DNA of 64,000 bases from assembly GCA_030704615.1 (NCBI GenBank), contig CM060731.1, forward strand, positions 4,650,001 through 4,714,000, given 5' to 3'. A program made the translations under genes and the position numbers. Of the stretch, positions 24,024 to 36,099 are shown piece by piece (position 1 is the stretch's first letter; every line of letters begins with the position of its first letter). Below the pieces are notes generated by a model. That model was not told the origin of the DNA, searched no databases, and saw only the letters and a list, made by a program, of their open reading frames with translations. This stretch comes from Takakia lepidozioides (Eukaryota; Plantae; Bryophyta).

Positions 24024-25934
24024 AGAGAGAGAAGATATACATGTCATGTCAAGACATGGACAAGACCACTAAAGTCATTGTCATTGAAAGACAAAGCAAC
24101 CCTTTACAGGGCATCATCTAACAACCCCTTTTACCAACTCATTTGAACATCTTATAACTTTTCAGGGTATCTGAAAAAACAGGGTGGGAGGGCGGGATTC
24201 CTGGTCATTCATATCCTGAAAGCCCTATAAGTTGACATAAAGCATTCATTTTTTGTTGTTGACATGGGTCAAGCCTTACATAATCTAGTTCTTGAGCCAT
24301 TCATCTTCCTAAAACAACATCCTGTGTAGGCGTGAAACTGATCTGTCAGTGCCAAGACACATGCAAGATTCATAAAGTAGAAGCGGGGCTAAGTTTTTAT
24401 CAAGTATATGTAAGCCTGGATAATCATTCCAGGACTTCAAGATCAAAACTCTGCCATAGTATAAGGTAGGAAGCGCACAACATCTACCAGCAAGCAGTTC
24501 TTGAAAACCAAAATACTGATGGGGTCAGGTCTGAAGGTGCTTCAGTGCCAAGTCATAAGCCAGATTTCTAACAAAACAAAACATAGGGCTGAGTACCCTT
24601 AAGTAGATATGGGCCTGAAGTGGTATTCCAGGGCCTCATAACAAGCTCTGCTAGTTAAAGAAATGAACTCAGAAACCATTGTCCCCTATCATGCAATGAA
24701 ATAGTGGTGATATAAGAGCCTTGAAGAATGTTTGTTATCACAAGGTCTATCTTCTGATCCATCAGAGCCAGGCCATGGTGTTTCATTTCAGAGCTTAGTT
24801 TCCATGCTGCCAGAGCTATAGTCGCAGCCATGTACCTTTGTTAAAAACATCCAGAGCTTTCAACAGAGATTTTGTTTTCTATGAAGTCCCTTGTGTGTCT
24901 TAACTCCAAAATGTATAAAAGTGGTTATCAAGAACCAAAAACAGGGATAAGGAGTAAGAAGGTGATCCTCATTAGAGCAGACTTGAAGCCGATTTGAGGC
25001 AGCAAGATGGCAGATTTGAAACAACAGTTGGTATCAGCAGCTTCAGGCGGTAGCAGCAATCCCTTATGCATGAATCAGACTCTGCAAGCTTCAATAATTC
25101 AAGACAAGTGAAGACCCTCACCTGTGCCCGTCCCAAAAACCACCACATAGAGATGTGTGTTAGTGAGGATGCATCAGGTGAGTGGCAGGTTTTCACAGTT
25201 GCTATCCATGTCAGTGTTGAATTCCAAAGCATGTACAAATCGTAATCCAAGCAAGGGTACACTCAAAAGAAACCTTGAGCGTTTGCGGTATGCCCTGCGC
25301 CATGGCGTCCAGTAGATGTCTCCAGCAGAACGCAATCAAAGTAGATAGAGATCAGCTCATACAGAAAGAGAGCAACATGTAATCTGTGGCTAAGTAGGGG
25401 TGGAGTACTTCCCAACGAGGAGTAAGAGCGCCGCTGCGAATTTAACAGAATCATAAATTTCTGAGCAGAGCGATCACTGCAATGTCGACTGCCAGAGAAG
25501 AATCTGTCTATCTGCCATTGCGCATCCCAAAAGCCAGCCATCACGAGTACCATGTAGCCGCAAGGGAGCAGGTTTACACGGCGCATCATCAAGGATCATA
25601 GAAGCACGAGTTCAGTGCTGTGAAATATGTCGGCCCGTTTAGGGCATATCTTCCCGATTTTTCATCCAGGGTGGATGAAAAATCACATTTTTAAGAGATG
25701 CACTTTGTTAATGGATGATATCCCATAAAAAGGTATCTTAGGGTTACGGTATAGGCTTAGGTTTAGTAACTGCCATCATTAATGATGGTACAGATTACTA
25801 CCTCTTGGATTTTTAGAATAGGTCACCAGTATTCATGTATTTCATCCAGTTTAGATGAAAGAAGCAAATAGTAAATATCAGGGCCAAATGAAATCCAAAA
25901 AGTTATAGAGGGAGAGGGAGAGAGGGAGAGAGAG
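24024..25934. repeat. Long direct repeat copy 1 (3' pseudo-LTR)
   Basis: Matches 30166-32076; the duplicated ORF translations are identical. Confidence 0.95.
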
Positions 25935-26198
25935 GGACCCACCAGCCAATCCCCTGGCATGGCATAACCTTACGGAATGAGTGTGGTATGCACTCACCCC
26001 GTAAGGGAGTGCATACCAGACCTCTTCTCATAAGGTTTCCCTCTTCCATGTAGTTCTATCATCGGATTATATTATCCAAGGGAGTAGAATCCTACATCCT
26101 CATTTCCTCGGCTCATGAATGAAACATTAGTATAAAAATGTGACATAGCAAAACTAGTATAGTATTACTAGCAAAGAACATAGAGTTCAATGGTATAC

Positions 26199-28421
26199 TT
26201 AGCTCTGGATAGGTTTTTGGAAAATACCTTTCAGTTTCTCAATAAGCTCATGTACAGGGAAGAACAAGCCAGGGAATGAGCCTTGTTCAAGGAACCTTGT
26301 CAAGATACGAGCAAGTTTCCTGGTCTTAAAACCATTCCTCCCAAGAGTGTTAATCAGAATGCTGCATTCCTTCCAAGCCAAAACAGCATTGCTGGAAATG
26401 TATAGAATAGGCACAGCTTGTGAAATCACAATGTTGTAGGATTGATTCACAGGCCTATTGGATAAGAACTGGATATATTGAGTGTAAGAGAAAGGAAGTA
26501 GTCTTCTCTTGTCATATTTCTGGAAATAGAACTCACCTGTGTCACTGTTTGAGACTGTAATCTGGATATTCATGAAACAAGCTTCCAACCCCACGTATTG
26601 GGAATCGGTTTTGGTACGTAGTAGCTCAGGTTTGATCTCCACTACATTGAGTGGGTAGATCCACCAAGGGTTGTTGCTGCTTCTGTCTGCCTTTGGGTCC
26701 AGGAACAGCATTGCATCACCCACATTCAGCCAGCATATATCATCAATGTATCTGAAGGCAGATTTAAACAAAGGCATGAGCTGGAATTGTCCCAAAGCTG
26801 CAAGCCTTAAGATGAATTTGATCTCGTAAGAAAGGAAGTACATGTTGCACCATAATGGTGAGCATGAAAAACCCATAGGTATTCCAGAAATCTGCTGCCA
26901 CACACGGTCCCCTAAGGCAACAAAACAGTGTGACATAAGCCATTTGTGGAGCATAAGTAACTTGGCTTCAGAAAGCTCAATCCAAGTACCTGATTTCGGG
27001 GAGGACGTGCCCCACCTACTTTTCCGGAAAGTACCGTTTTTGGCTGGAATCCATAGAGTATGACGTGCCCGGGGGTGAGACATATGGTGTTGCTGGAATG
27101 CAATCTTCACCACGTATTCAATGGCGTCCCCTAGGTTATCCTGACCTGTCAAAGGTATGTTCTCATAGCATTGTGTAATGTCAGCCACAAAGATGTTATG
27201 GACTTTTGCAGGCAGGTTTAGTGTAAAGTCAGTGATGGAATCAATAATCCAATACATAGCAGTAGATACTTTGAAAAATTGCTCATAAGTATCCAGCCTT
27301 GTTTTGGTCCATTCTTTTACCAATGGTAGAAGATCCATGGTAGCTCTTGTAAGGAGGCTAGCTAGTTCACTGAAAACACATTTGTGGGCATTGGTAATCC
27401 ATCTGTATTTTTTCTTATGTAGCTTGTAGATTCCCATAATGTAAGGTAGTCTACAGGAGGGAACAGGTATCTCCGGAATCAAACTCTGTATTTCCACGGA
27501 AATGTTTCCTAGAACAAGGTCAGGTGGCAGCCATACCTCATCTTGCTTGCATGGTGTAAAGTCTTTACCCATCAATCTGTGGAATGCTTGGATTCTTACG
27601 TGCTTCACACACATAAAACATACATTGTTGTTAGCCTTGTCAAGACCAGAGAAATACAGGTGATTGAGAAGCCATGAAAGTTCGTCTTTTGCCTCTTTTA
27701 CAGTAAGAGGATTGCGCTCATGGTGAGTGAAGTCATACCTTCTTCTGCCGGCTTTTTGTTTCAGTCTATCCCAGCATGTGTTTTTTACCCATTGGTTGCA
27801 GGTTGCAGCCCAAGATTCACATGGGTCTATATGCAAAATTTCACAGGTTCTGTGGAAAGCCAAAGACACTTGTTCAACAACGTCTTTTAGTAAAGTACGT
27901 TTGAGAGGGATGTGATTCATACCTAGGCTGAATAATTCTTTCAGCTTTGCGTGTTTAATAATGTTCAGGTCCATGGTACGTACGTGTTGCGTAGGTGTAG
28001 AACCAGACAGATGGAATTCTGATTTTGTATCCACATCCCGAAAATCATGAAACCTCTTGGCACTGTCACATAGACAATCTGGTGAGTGAATCAAGTCTTG
28101 CATAAAGCAAAAATCACGGAAAACAACAGCAGGCTGATAGTATTCAGAACTGCTTTGTTTATGATATGTCCATCCAAAAACTATCTCATCGATGAGAATA
28201 GCTAAGTCATTTTGCCCAAATTCCAGAAAGGCTTCTTTTATCAGGTTCTTAGGGTGTATCCACTCCATACCACGGTTTGGGTATAACATATGAATGAATC
28301 CCAAAGGAGCAGGTTTTGCTGCCTGTTTTATGAATTTCCTGCCATGGGCATGAGTTTCAATTTGTTTGCAACCATCCTCAAAGACATATAACGCATCTGC
28401 ACATACAGAGTAGAGGAACAT
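26199..28421 (-). CDS. Penelope-like (PLE) reverse transcriptase, 740 aa, intact
   Basis: PLE-type motifs: DKANNN, LPYIMGIYKLHK..YRWI, ADITQCYENIP, QISGIPMGFSCSP, FRYIDDI and YDKR. The N-terminal CxC...HVRTMDLNII..KL..L...G linker resembles Naiad/Chlamys. No GIY-YIG is visible. Confidence 0.85.
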   Translation of the reverse strand: MFLYSVCADALYVFEDGCKQIETHAHGRKFIKQAAKPAPLGFIHMLYPNRGMEWIHPKNLIKEAFLEFGQNDLAILIDEIVFGWTYHKQSSSEYYQPAVVFRDFCFMQDLIHSPDCLCDSAKRFHDFRDVDTKSEFHLSGSTPTQHVRTMDLNIIKHAKLKELFSLGMNHIPLKRTLLKDVVEQVSLAFHRTCEILHIDPCESWAATCNQWVKNTCWDRLKQKAGRRRYDFTHHERNPLTVKEAKDELSWLLNHLYFSGLDKANNNVCFMCVKHVRIQAFHRLMGKDFTPCKQDEVWLPPDLVLGNISVEIQSLIPEIPVPSCRLPYIMGIYKLHKKKYRWITNAHKCVFSELASLLTRATMDLLPLVKEWTKTRLDTYEQFFKVSTAMYWIIDSITDFTLNLPAKVHNIFVADITQCYENIPLTGQDNLGDAIEYVVKIAFQQHHMSHPRARHTLWIPAKNGTFRKSRWGTSSPKSGTWIELSEAKLLMLHKWLMSHCFVALGDRVWQQISGIPMGFSCSPLWCNMYFLSYEIKFILRLAALGQFQLMPLFKSAFRYIDDICWLNVGDAMLFLDPKADRSSNNPWWIYPLNVVEIKPELLRTKTDSQYVGLEACFMNIQITVSNSDTGEFYFQKYDKRRLLPFSYTQYIQFLSNRPVNQSYNIVISQAVPILYISSNAVLAWKECSILINTLGRNGFKTRKLARILTRFLEQGSFPGLFFPVHELIEKLKGIFQKPIQS

Positions 28422-28438
28422 ACCAAAAAATGAGATTT

Positions 28439-29917
28439 TTACAGATCATTCCAAGATCCAAAGTCTCGTTTGTGTATTGGGGAGAACTCGTCAGTGATAC
28501 GACGAGTCTTGTATGACTCCTGGCTGGCGATGTTGATGGTGGTACTGGAATTAGCACCCGAACCCCCAGTTGAGGACCGATTCGTTGCTCTTGAATTCTC
28601 AGAGGTGTTGGTAGAGTAATGTCCCCTGCCAGAGCGTCCTCCTCTTTGGTAGAGACCTCTTCCACGACCAGGGGTACCTCTTCCCCGGGCAGTGCTGCTC
28701 TTGCCTTGTTGAGGAGGCATCTGCCCCTCCATACGCTGCCGTTTGTAGCTATTGAATTGTGGCCTGGGAAGGCTGTCTGAAAAAGACCCAGGTTTCACGA
28801 GTTTCTCAATGTATCTGGCCCCCTTGGATTCTCCTAACTTCGCAAGCAGCTTGGCTTGTGGGTCATTTGAGAATTCACAGGCTGCTTCCATTATGAACCC
28901 TCGGGTCATCTGGAAAGTAATTTGTGCCAGTACAGCAGATCTGGCAGCCCGCATGATCCATACCAGAAAATTGTAATACTTGGTTTGCACCGAAGGATAG
29001 GTATCATCAGGGAAGAACACAATCAGATTGTTCAGCATATACCAAACCATATGGTCAAACCAAGCAACACTCCCAATGCAAGAAGAAGGTGCCCCTCCTT
29101 GTCCACAGTTGCATCTTATGTAGGGACGATGCCAATTGAAGAGTTGACTCTTATGGTTCTTGGATCTGGCTGATCCAGTCGGCAAATCATTTTTGGTCCT
29201 CAAGGTAAGGTTCTCACCTTTGTCACAGAGCTTGTAGTAGAAGGTCCTTAGTGGCCACGCCACGGCAATAGGTTCCTTTTTTATTCTCTGAAGACCCTCC
29301 TTAGCATCCTGTGCACATCTACTGCGTTCAGCAGGAGTTATGTTGCCCCATTTGACCCACATTTCAATGGAAATGGGTGCCAATAGGTTGATATTAGCAT
29401 GTGGATGCCACATCATATGATCGTTATTGGCAACCTCTAATTCAACTGCACGGGGAGGCAACCAAGGGACAAATTGCAGATTTCCAGGAGTGGCACCTGC
29501 TGCTCTTTCTTGTTCCACTTGTGAGAGTTCTACTTGTTCACAGAATTCTCTCACTGCCTCTTTTTCTTCATCCGGTAAAATCATGTGCCCAAGGATTGGG
29601 TGATTACTTACAGAAGGGATGAAGTCTTTTTCAGAGGTGTTTGCAGATTTCTGCGTGGAGACAGTCTGGTCATCTTCCGGGTTCGCCATTCTAAGAGCAG
29701 CCTCAATGGCTGATCCCTTCTTTTCCCATTGTATCAGCTCCTCGGCATCATCTTCCAGTACCTCAATCATTTTAGTATTGAACTCCTGGAGCTTCTCCAG
29801 GTACCTGCCATTCTTATTTGCCATGATGCCAAGTGCAACCCAATTTTCCAAAGCCAAAGTCTCAAGTAGTAATACGGGATTTTCATCACCTGAATTTTCC
29901 AAGGCCTCAGTGTCCAT
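28439..29917 (-). CDS. ORF1 of the Penelope-like element, 492 aa (coiled-coil N-terminus, RG/RGG-rich C-terminus)
   Basis: Intact ORF ending 17 bp before the RT ATG. Heptad-rich N-terminus and ARGRGTPGRGRG..RGGRSGRG. Confidence 0.75.
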   Translation of the reverse strand: MDTEALENSGDENPVLLLETLALENWVALGIMANKNGRYLEKLQEFNTKMIEVLEDDAEELIQWEKKGSAIEAALRMANPEDDQTVSTQKSANTSEKDFIPSVSNHPILGHMILPDEEKEAVREFCEQVELSQVEQERAAGATPGNLQFVPWLPPRAVELEVANNDHMMWHPHANINLLAPISIEMWVKWGNITPAERSRCAQDAKEGLQRIKKEPIAVAWPLRTFYYKLCDKGENLTLRTKNDLPTGSARSKNHKSQLFNWHRPYIRCNCGQGGAPSSCIGSVAWFDHMVWYMLNNLIVFFPDDTYPSVQTKYYNFLVWIMRAARSAVLAQITFQMTRGFIMEAACEFSNDPQAKLLAKLGESKGARYIEKLVKPGSFSDSLPRPQFNSYKRQRMEGQMPPQQGKSSTARGRGTPGRGRGLYQRGGRSGRGHYSTNTSENSRATNRSSTGGSGANSSTTINIASQESYKTRRITDEFSPIHKRDFGSWNDL

Positions 29918-30165
29918 CTTTTGTAATGTAGCATGGAAGTCACTTGGTGTGACTTGTGCGAGGGTTGCTTGTACAGCAGGAATTGGAGGAGGTAGAGGGG
30001 ACTGATACCCCAGAGCTACGAGGTCCTCATTCCATCTAGGGTCTCCTTTGGTGACCTTCTGTCAAAGTCCCCCCGAAAAAACTTGTCAGTGCATCATAAT
30101 GAGAAGGTGAAAAGGAGATGGGTAGATGATGTGTACAAATACCACTAAGTACATTGGTCAAATAA

Positions 30166-32076
30166 AGAGAGAGAAGATATACATGTCATGTCAAGACATG
30201 GACAAGACCACTAAAGTCATTGTCATTGAAAGACAAAGCAACCCTTTACAGGGCATCATCTAACAACCCCTTTTACCAACTCATTTGAACATCTTATAAC
30301 TTTTCAGGGTATCTGAAAAAACAGGGTGGGAGGGCGGGATTCCTGGTCATTCATATCCTGAAAGCCCTATAAGTTGACATAAAGCATTCATTTTTTGTTG
30401 TTGACATGGGTCAAGCCTTACATAATCTAGTTCTTGAGCCATTCATCTTCCTAAAACAACATCCTGTGTAGGCGTGAAACTGATCTGTCAGTGCCAAGAC
30501 ACATGCAAGATTCATAAAGTAGAAGCGGGGCTAAGTTTTTATCAAGTATATGTAAGCCTGGATAATCATTCCAGGACTTCAAGATCAAAACTCTGCCATA
30601 GTATAAGGTAGGAAGCGCACAACATCTACCAGCAAGCAGTTCTTGAAAACCAAAATACTGATGGGGTCAGGTCTGAAGGTGCTTCAGTGCCAAGTCATAA
30701 GCCAGATTTCTAACAAAACAAAACATAGGGCTGAGTACCCTTAAGTAGATATGGGCCTGAAGTGGTATTCCAGGGCCTCATAACAAGCTCTGCTAGTTAA
30801 AGAAATGAACTCAGAAACCATTGTCCCCTATCATGCAATGAAATAGTGGTGATATAAGAGCCTTGAAGAATGTTTGTTATCACAAGGTCTATCTTCTGAT
30901 CCATCAGAGCCAGGCCATGGTGTTTCATTTCAGAGCTTAGTTTCCATGCTGCCAGAGCTATAGTCGCAGCCATGTACCTTTGTTAAAAACATCCAGAGCT
31001 TTCAACAGAGATTTTGTTTTCTATGAAGTCCCTTGTGTGTCTTAACTCCAAAATGTATAAAAGTGGTTATCAAGAACCAAAAACAGGGATAAGGAGTAAG
31101 AAGGTGATCCTCATTAGAGCAGACTTGAAGCCGATTTGAGGCAGCAAGATGGCAGATTTGAAACAACAGTTGGTATCAGCAGCTTCAGGCGGTAGCAGCA
31201 ATCCCTTATGCATGAATCAGACTCTGCAAGCTTCAATAATTCAAGACAAGTGAAGACCCTCACCTGTGCCCGTCCCAAAAACCACCACATAGAGATGTGT
31301 GTTAGTGAGGATGCATCAGGTGAGTGGCAGGTTTTCACAGTTGCTATCCATGTCAGTGTTGAATTCCAAAGCATGTACAAATCGTAATCCAAGCAAGGGT
31401 ACACTCAAAAGAAACCTTGAGCGTTTGCGGTATGCCCTGCGCCATGGCGTCCAGTAGATGTCTCCAGCAGAACGCAATCAAAGTAGATAGAGATCAGCTC
31501 ATACAGAAAGAGAGCAACATGTAATCTGTGGCTAAGTAGGGGTGGAGTACTTCCCAACGAGGAGTAAGAGCGCCGCTGCGAATTTAACAGAATCATAAAT
31601 TTCTGAGCAGAGCGATCACTGCAATGTCGACTGCCAGAGAAGAATCTGTCTATCTGCCATTGCGCATCCCAAAAGCCAGCCATCACGAGTACCATGTAGC
31701 CGCAAGGGAGCAGGTTTACACGGCGCATCATCAAGGATCATAGAAGCACGAGTTCAGTGCTGTGAAATATGTCGGCCCGTTTAGGGCATATCTTCCCGAT
31801 TTTTCATCCAGGGTGGATGAAAAATCACATTTTTAAGAGATGCACTTTGTTAATGGATGATATCCCATAAAAAGGTATCTTAGGGTTACGGTATAGGCTT
31901 AGGTTTAGTAACTGCCATCATTAATGATGGTACAGATTACTACCTCTTGGATTTTTAGAATAGGTCACCAGTATTCATGTATTTCATCCAGTTTAGATGA
32001 AAGAAGCAAATAGTAAATATCAGGGCCAAATGAAATCCAAAAAGTTATAGAGGGAGAGGGAGAGAGGGAGAGAGAG
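30166..32076. repeat. Long direct repeat copy 2 (5' pseudo-LTR)
   Basis: Matches 24024-25934. Confidence 0.95.
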
Positions 32077-33360
32077 AGAGAGAGAAGAGAGAGAGGTTGG
32101 GGGGATTCTGCAAAACGGAGAAAAAAATAACCCCCCCCCCCTCCCCCCCACTGCTCGACGCTGCCGCAGCTGGCAGCGCCGACCAATGGGGAGGGGAGGC
32201 AGTGCAGCAGAGGGGGAGAGATAGAGAGAAAAGAGCGGGGGGGGGGGGGCAGTGCGGCAGAGGGAGAGATAGATAGATAGAGAAACAAAAAAGCAAAAAA
32301 AAAAATCCCCTCATCGGCGCCCCGGCACCGATCAGCGGGGAGGAGGAGCTGGGGGAGAGAAGAAGAGAAGAGAGGGAGAGAGAGAGATGAGAAGGAGAAC
32401 TTGGAACTAAAGGAAAAAATGAACTCACCCGAAACCGTTGGAACTGGAGTGGGCTGCCGTCAGCTGTCGTCAGCTGAAGTTCGAAAGAGGAGGGCTGGCC
32501 GGCTGGAGCGGGCTGAAGCGGGGCTGGAGCGAGCAAGCTCTTGAGCGAGCGGGTGCTTGGAGGAGCCACAACATGTGGCGGGGAAGGAGAATGGCGGGAA
32601 ATGGCGAAATGGCGCGTTCATCGGCGTGTCCTAGCATGCCCTAATCATAACATTTAGTGGGTTCATGCTCATTATGAGCATGGACCAAAAAAAAAAAAAA
32701 AAAAAAAAAAACCCTATGTTTGATACAGTTACCAACAACATCCATTCTTTGCATAAGATGTCCATTGGGAGAAATACGAAATAAATAAATAATTGAAATA
32801 AATGAATTTTGAAAAGCAAAAATTTTGTCAGTTTCAGTTTTGCAGAATTTCTCTTTTCTGTGTTTCGTTTTTTTGTTGGGTTTGTTTCGCTAAGGAACTA
32901 TAAACTCTAAATATTATAATATATTTGAGTCATCACTATCATTTGCCAATAGTGCTGTGTTTATAGTATTAAAAATATTTATTATTGAACCATTATATAT
33001 TTGGTTTCTATGGTACTACGCCATGGTTTATCTTTTCCTCCAATAATTCCAAGTATAATTTTTATTTATAAAAAACACTCCACAATAGACCATGGAACAC
33101 TGACCCTACTAATGCAGCAATACCCTATGTCCACTTATGACTTCTATTTCCGTCTTCAAAGACATTACCATAACCAATGGAGTGTGTTTTTTTCCTTGCT
33201 TAATTAGTACGCTAATTATGCTCACACGATACCAACCCCCACTCAGCTGTGGGGATAAATTAAACCTTCAATGTGGGTGCAAAATACAAAAGACTCCGGA
33301 AAGGTTAATTTCTTATGGGGTCCATGGTCAATGCCCAAACGTTTGCAAGGAATGGCATGA

Positions 33361-33361
<1 letters not shown>

Positions 33362-33400
<39 letters not shown>
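33362..33400. repeat. (TA)n microsatellite
   Basis: About 19 TA units. Confidence 0.95.
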
Positions 33401-33403
<3 letters not shown>

Positions 33404-34366
33404 CTCGTTTGCTATCATTACTTTTGTTAAAAAAAAATATAGCGTTTCTTATTTAGTCCGTTGGTGAACTACACACTAAACCCTTATCTTCTTGTTGTGG
33501 TCATCCAAGAGACTTTCATGCAAGCAAATTAAAGGGCTTTGGCTATAAGACAATCCATGCTTACAATTTATATTAGTAGCCTCGTTAACTATCATTGTTT
33601 AAAAAAAAATATTATAGTATTCTTCTAAGTGCGTTGGTATTGAAGTACAATATTCTAAAGCCTTATCTTCTCGTTGCAGTCATCCCAGAGACTTTTATGC
33701 AGCACATTAAAAGGCTTGGTTATAAAGCAATCCATACAACCGTTCTATGCTACCAGTTTGGATTGCAGGGAACCAACGTCGATCCTATAGGATCGATATG
33801 GTCATGACTCATTGGCTTCACCTACACTCATATTTAATTTTAAAATTAATCATAAATTGATCATTTTATAATATGATATTTTATTGCGATGCCAAAATAT
33901 ATATACTGTAAAGATAATGTACTCAAATAATAAAGTCGTAAATTAAAATTCAAAATATATAAAAATAATATACTGTGCATTAATTAGATTAGAATATTAA
34001 AATAAAATAAATAATATGTTCCGTATCAAAAATTAGAATATTGAGAATCCATAAATGAACAGTGACATAAATTAAGAATGAATATGCGACCGCAAAATAG
34101 TCCCCGCAAAATTGTTCTTCTAAAAAAATCGATGGTACTGGAAGGTTTTGCTGAAATGCACACTAAGAGATTTATTTGCATAATTGAAGAATCTCAATTG
34201 TGTTTGGATTAGTGATAGAGCTGCAAAAAGAAAAACCAAAGGGGTGAATTAGCTATGTGACAAATCCAATAAACCTCAAGAAGTATTTAACCTGGAGGTT
34301 GCATTACTTCGAAAAGATGAATCACATGATTTACACGATAGAAGAAACTAAGCAACTATAGTTTAA

Positions 34367-35031
34367 CCCTTAAACGCCCAGTAGTCATTTTTTACTTTTA
34401 TAAAATACCTGACCCGGAGCAAAAATTAAGTTGTAATTTTCGAAAAATTTGAAATTTGAAATTTCTGACCGCATATCAGGTGCGTATATACTTGTTGCAG
34501 GTACAGGCCAATTTTGAGGGAAATCAGATGAAAATCCGGAAAATGCCACCGTTGCGACCGGGCCTTTTTTGGGGCCCCACACACCAAAATTGTAAATTGG
34601 AATGAGTAATTGCAGAAATGGGTGATGGGTTGATTTCCAAATGAGCTGAAATTGCTCCCCATTCATCCTGATGGGATTTCACATCCATTGCAGAAAACAA
34701 AATGCAATTTGGACAAAAAATGGGTTGCTGACACTTGGTCAAAGCAGAGTGGGTCAAAATTGCACAGTCGAGTGCTCTTTGGAAAAATGGAATCCAGATG
34801 ACCACCTGCAAGCACGCTCCAACTCGTGCAGAAAGCGCGGGACCCAGATCTCGCAACAACTCGGGAATCCTAACCTTGATCAGGGAAAATCATCCAACGG
34901 TTCAGATTAGTCTAGGTGGCTGGGCATAACATATACAAAATTCAGGAATTTTGGCTAAGATCCTGAATAGTTGATTTGCAGTTTCTTTCCTGATTTGAAT
35001 GGCCCAAAACGGGCTAATGGGCGTTTAAGGG
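34367..35031. mobile_element. Non-autonomous TIR element (piggyBac-like termini; TAA/TTAA target)
   Basis: TIR CCCTTAAACGCCCA(G/T)TAG at both ends. Left flank TTAA and right flank TAAA give a perfect 3-bp TAA duplication. Confidence 0.8.
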
Positions 35032-35305
35032 TAAAAGACATCATCCCAAGACCAAGTACCTTATAAACACCAAAATAATCCATTGGGCAATGCATTTTTA
35101 TAGTTTCATTTACGAACAACAATATGTCATAGACAAGAACATAATCATGTGGTAATGTGGACTATTTTGCCTTTTATCCCACCATCTACATATCATGGCC
35201 TCCATTTTCACTACTAAAAGTTTGCATACACAACTTCAATATTTCAAATGTCCGTACAATCCGTGACTTAATTAATTATAATGGAGAAATAAAACAAACT
35301 TCAGA

Positions 35306-36050
35306 ATGAAAACCATGATATTGATTTTGTGCACCTTGCATATTCTTTACAAATGGGCATCAAGTATGACTATTCAAAAATCCATCGATGAACTCTCCAG
35401 CTTGGAGATCTATCTATACGCTTGGGTATCTATCATAAGATCACACCTGACTCAAAAGATGTCTATCAACTTCGATGAAGCATTACGGCAACCACTTTTC
35501 GGTAATCTCAAAAATTCTGTATATTAGCCTTAGATGGTTTCTCTACTTCCTATGACCTGTCTCCAATTTGACCCTGAAGAATAACCTTTGATGGACAGCA
35601 GACTCTCCCTCTTCTTTGGCTACTCGGCCAAGATTGGGTACATGCTCTGCTTGGGCCAGCTCTGCACGTACACACTTGGACTTGGAACAAAAAATGGCCG
35701 GTTGGTATTTCCAACACCTCTTGGAAAACTGTTTGGAAGGAGGTCTAAAGAAAGGATCGTAGGGCCAAAGTCTTTGCACTCTTATGGAAATTGGTGAATA
35801 GGATCATCCTCGCCGCCTCTACGTCTGTCGCAGGCTCCCCCATCTTTCCTCTTTGTGCGGTTTCAGATGAGACTATTGAACATTGTCTCTTATTCAACCC
35901 TCTGGCTGATACGTTGTGGAATCTTGTTATTCTTTTCTACTCTAGATGGGAAGCTATCTCGGGAAGACAATCAGAGATCCTCCTACTCAGTATCCGCAGC
36001 GGTTTATCATACTAAATGCATGGAGTCTTGGTATAGTATGAATTGGTTGA
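35306..36050 (+). pseudogene. L1 LINE 3' remnant (zf-RVT-like)
   Basis: IFPLCAVSDETIEHCLLFNPLADTLW matches the CxxC..ET.EH zf-RVT pattern, though degenerate. Confidence 0.55.
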
Positions 36051-36099
36051 ATAACCAACTTTAGCGCAATGGTAAGGGCATGTTGTAAACAAATACACA

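Larger units (their letters stand above)
24024..32076 (-). mobile_element. Penelope-like retroelement with 1911-bp direct repeats (pseudo-LTRs), ORF1 and RT
   Basis: Direct repeats 24024-25934 and 30166-32076 (offset 6142) appear identical and lack TG..CA. They flank two intact minus-strand ORFs. Both ends lie in (GA)n tracts. Confidence 0.85.

Noticed and set aside
24972-25592. ORFs of 96 and 109 aa in the direct repeat (also 31114-31734)
   Set aside because: No recognisable motif; their identity between copies only reflects the duplication.
24024-32076. LTR retrotransposon or DIRS element
   Set aside because: No TG..CA, PBS, PPT, integrase, RNase H or tyrosine recombinase; the RT motifs are PLE-type.
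31965-32644. ORFs of 107-174 aa
   Set aside because: These are translations of GA/GC low-complexity sequence.
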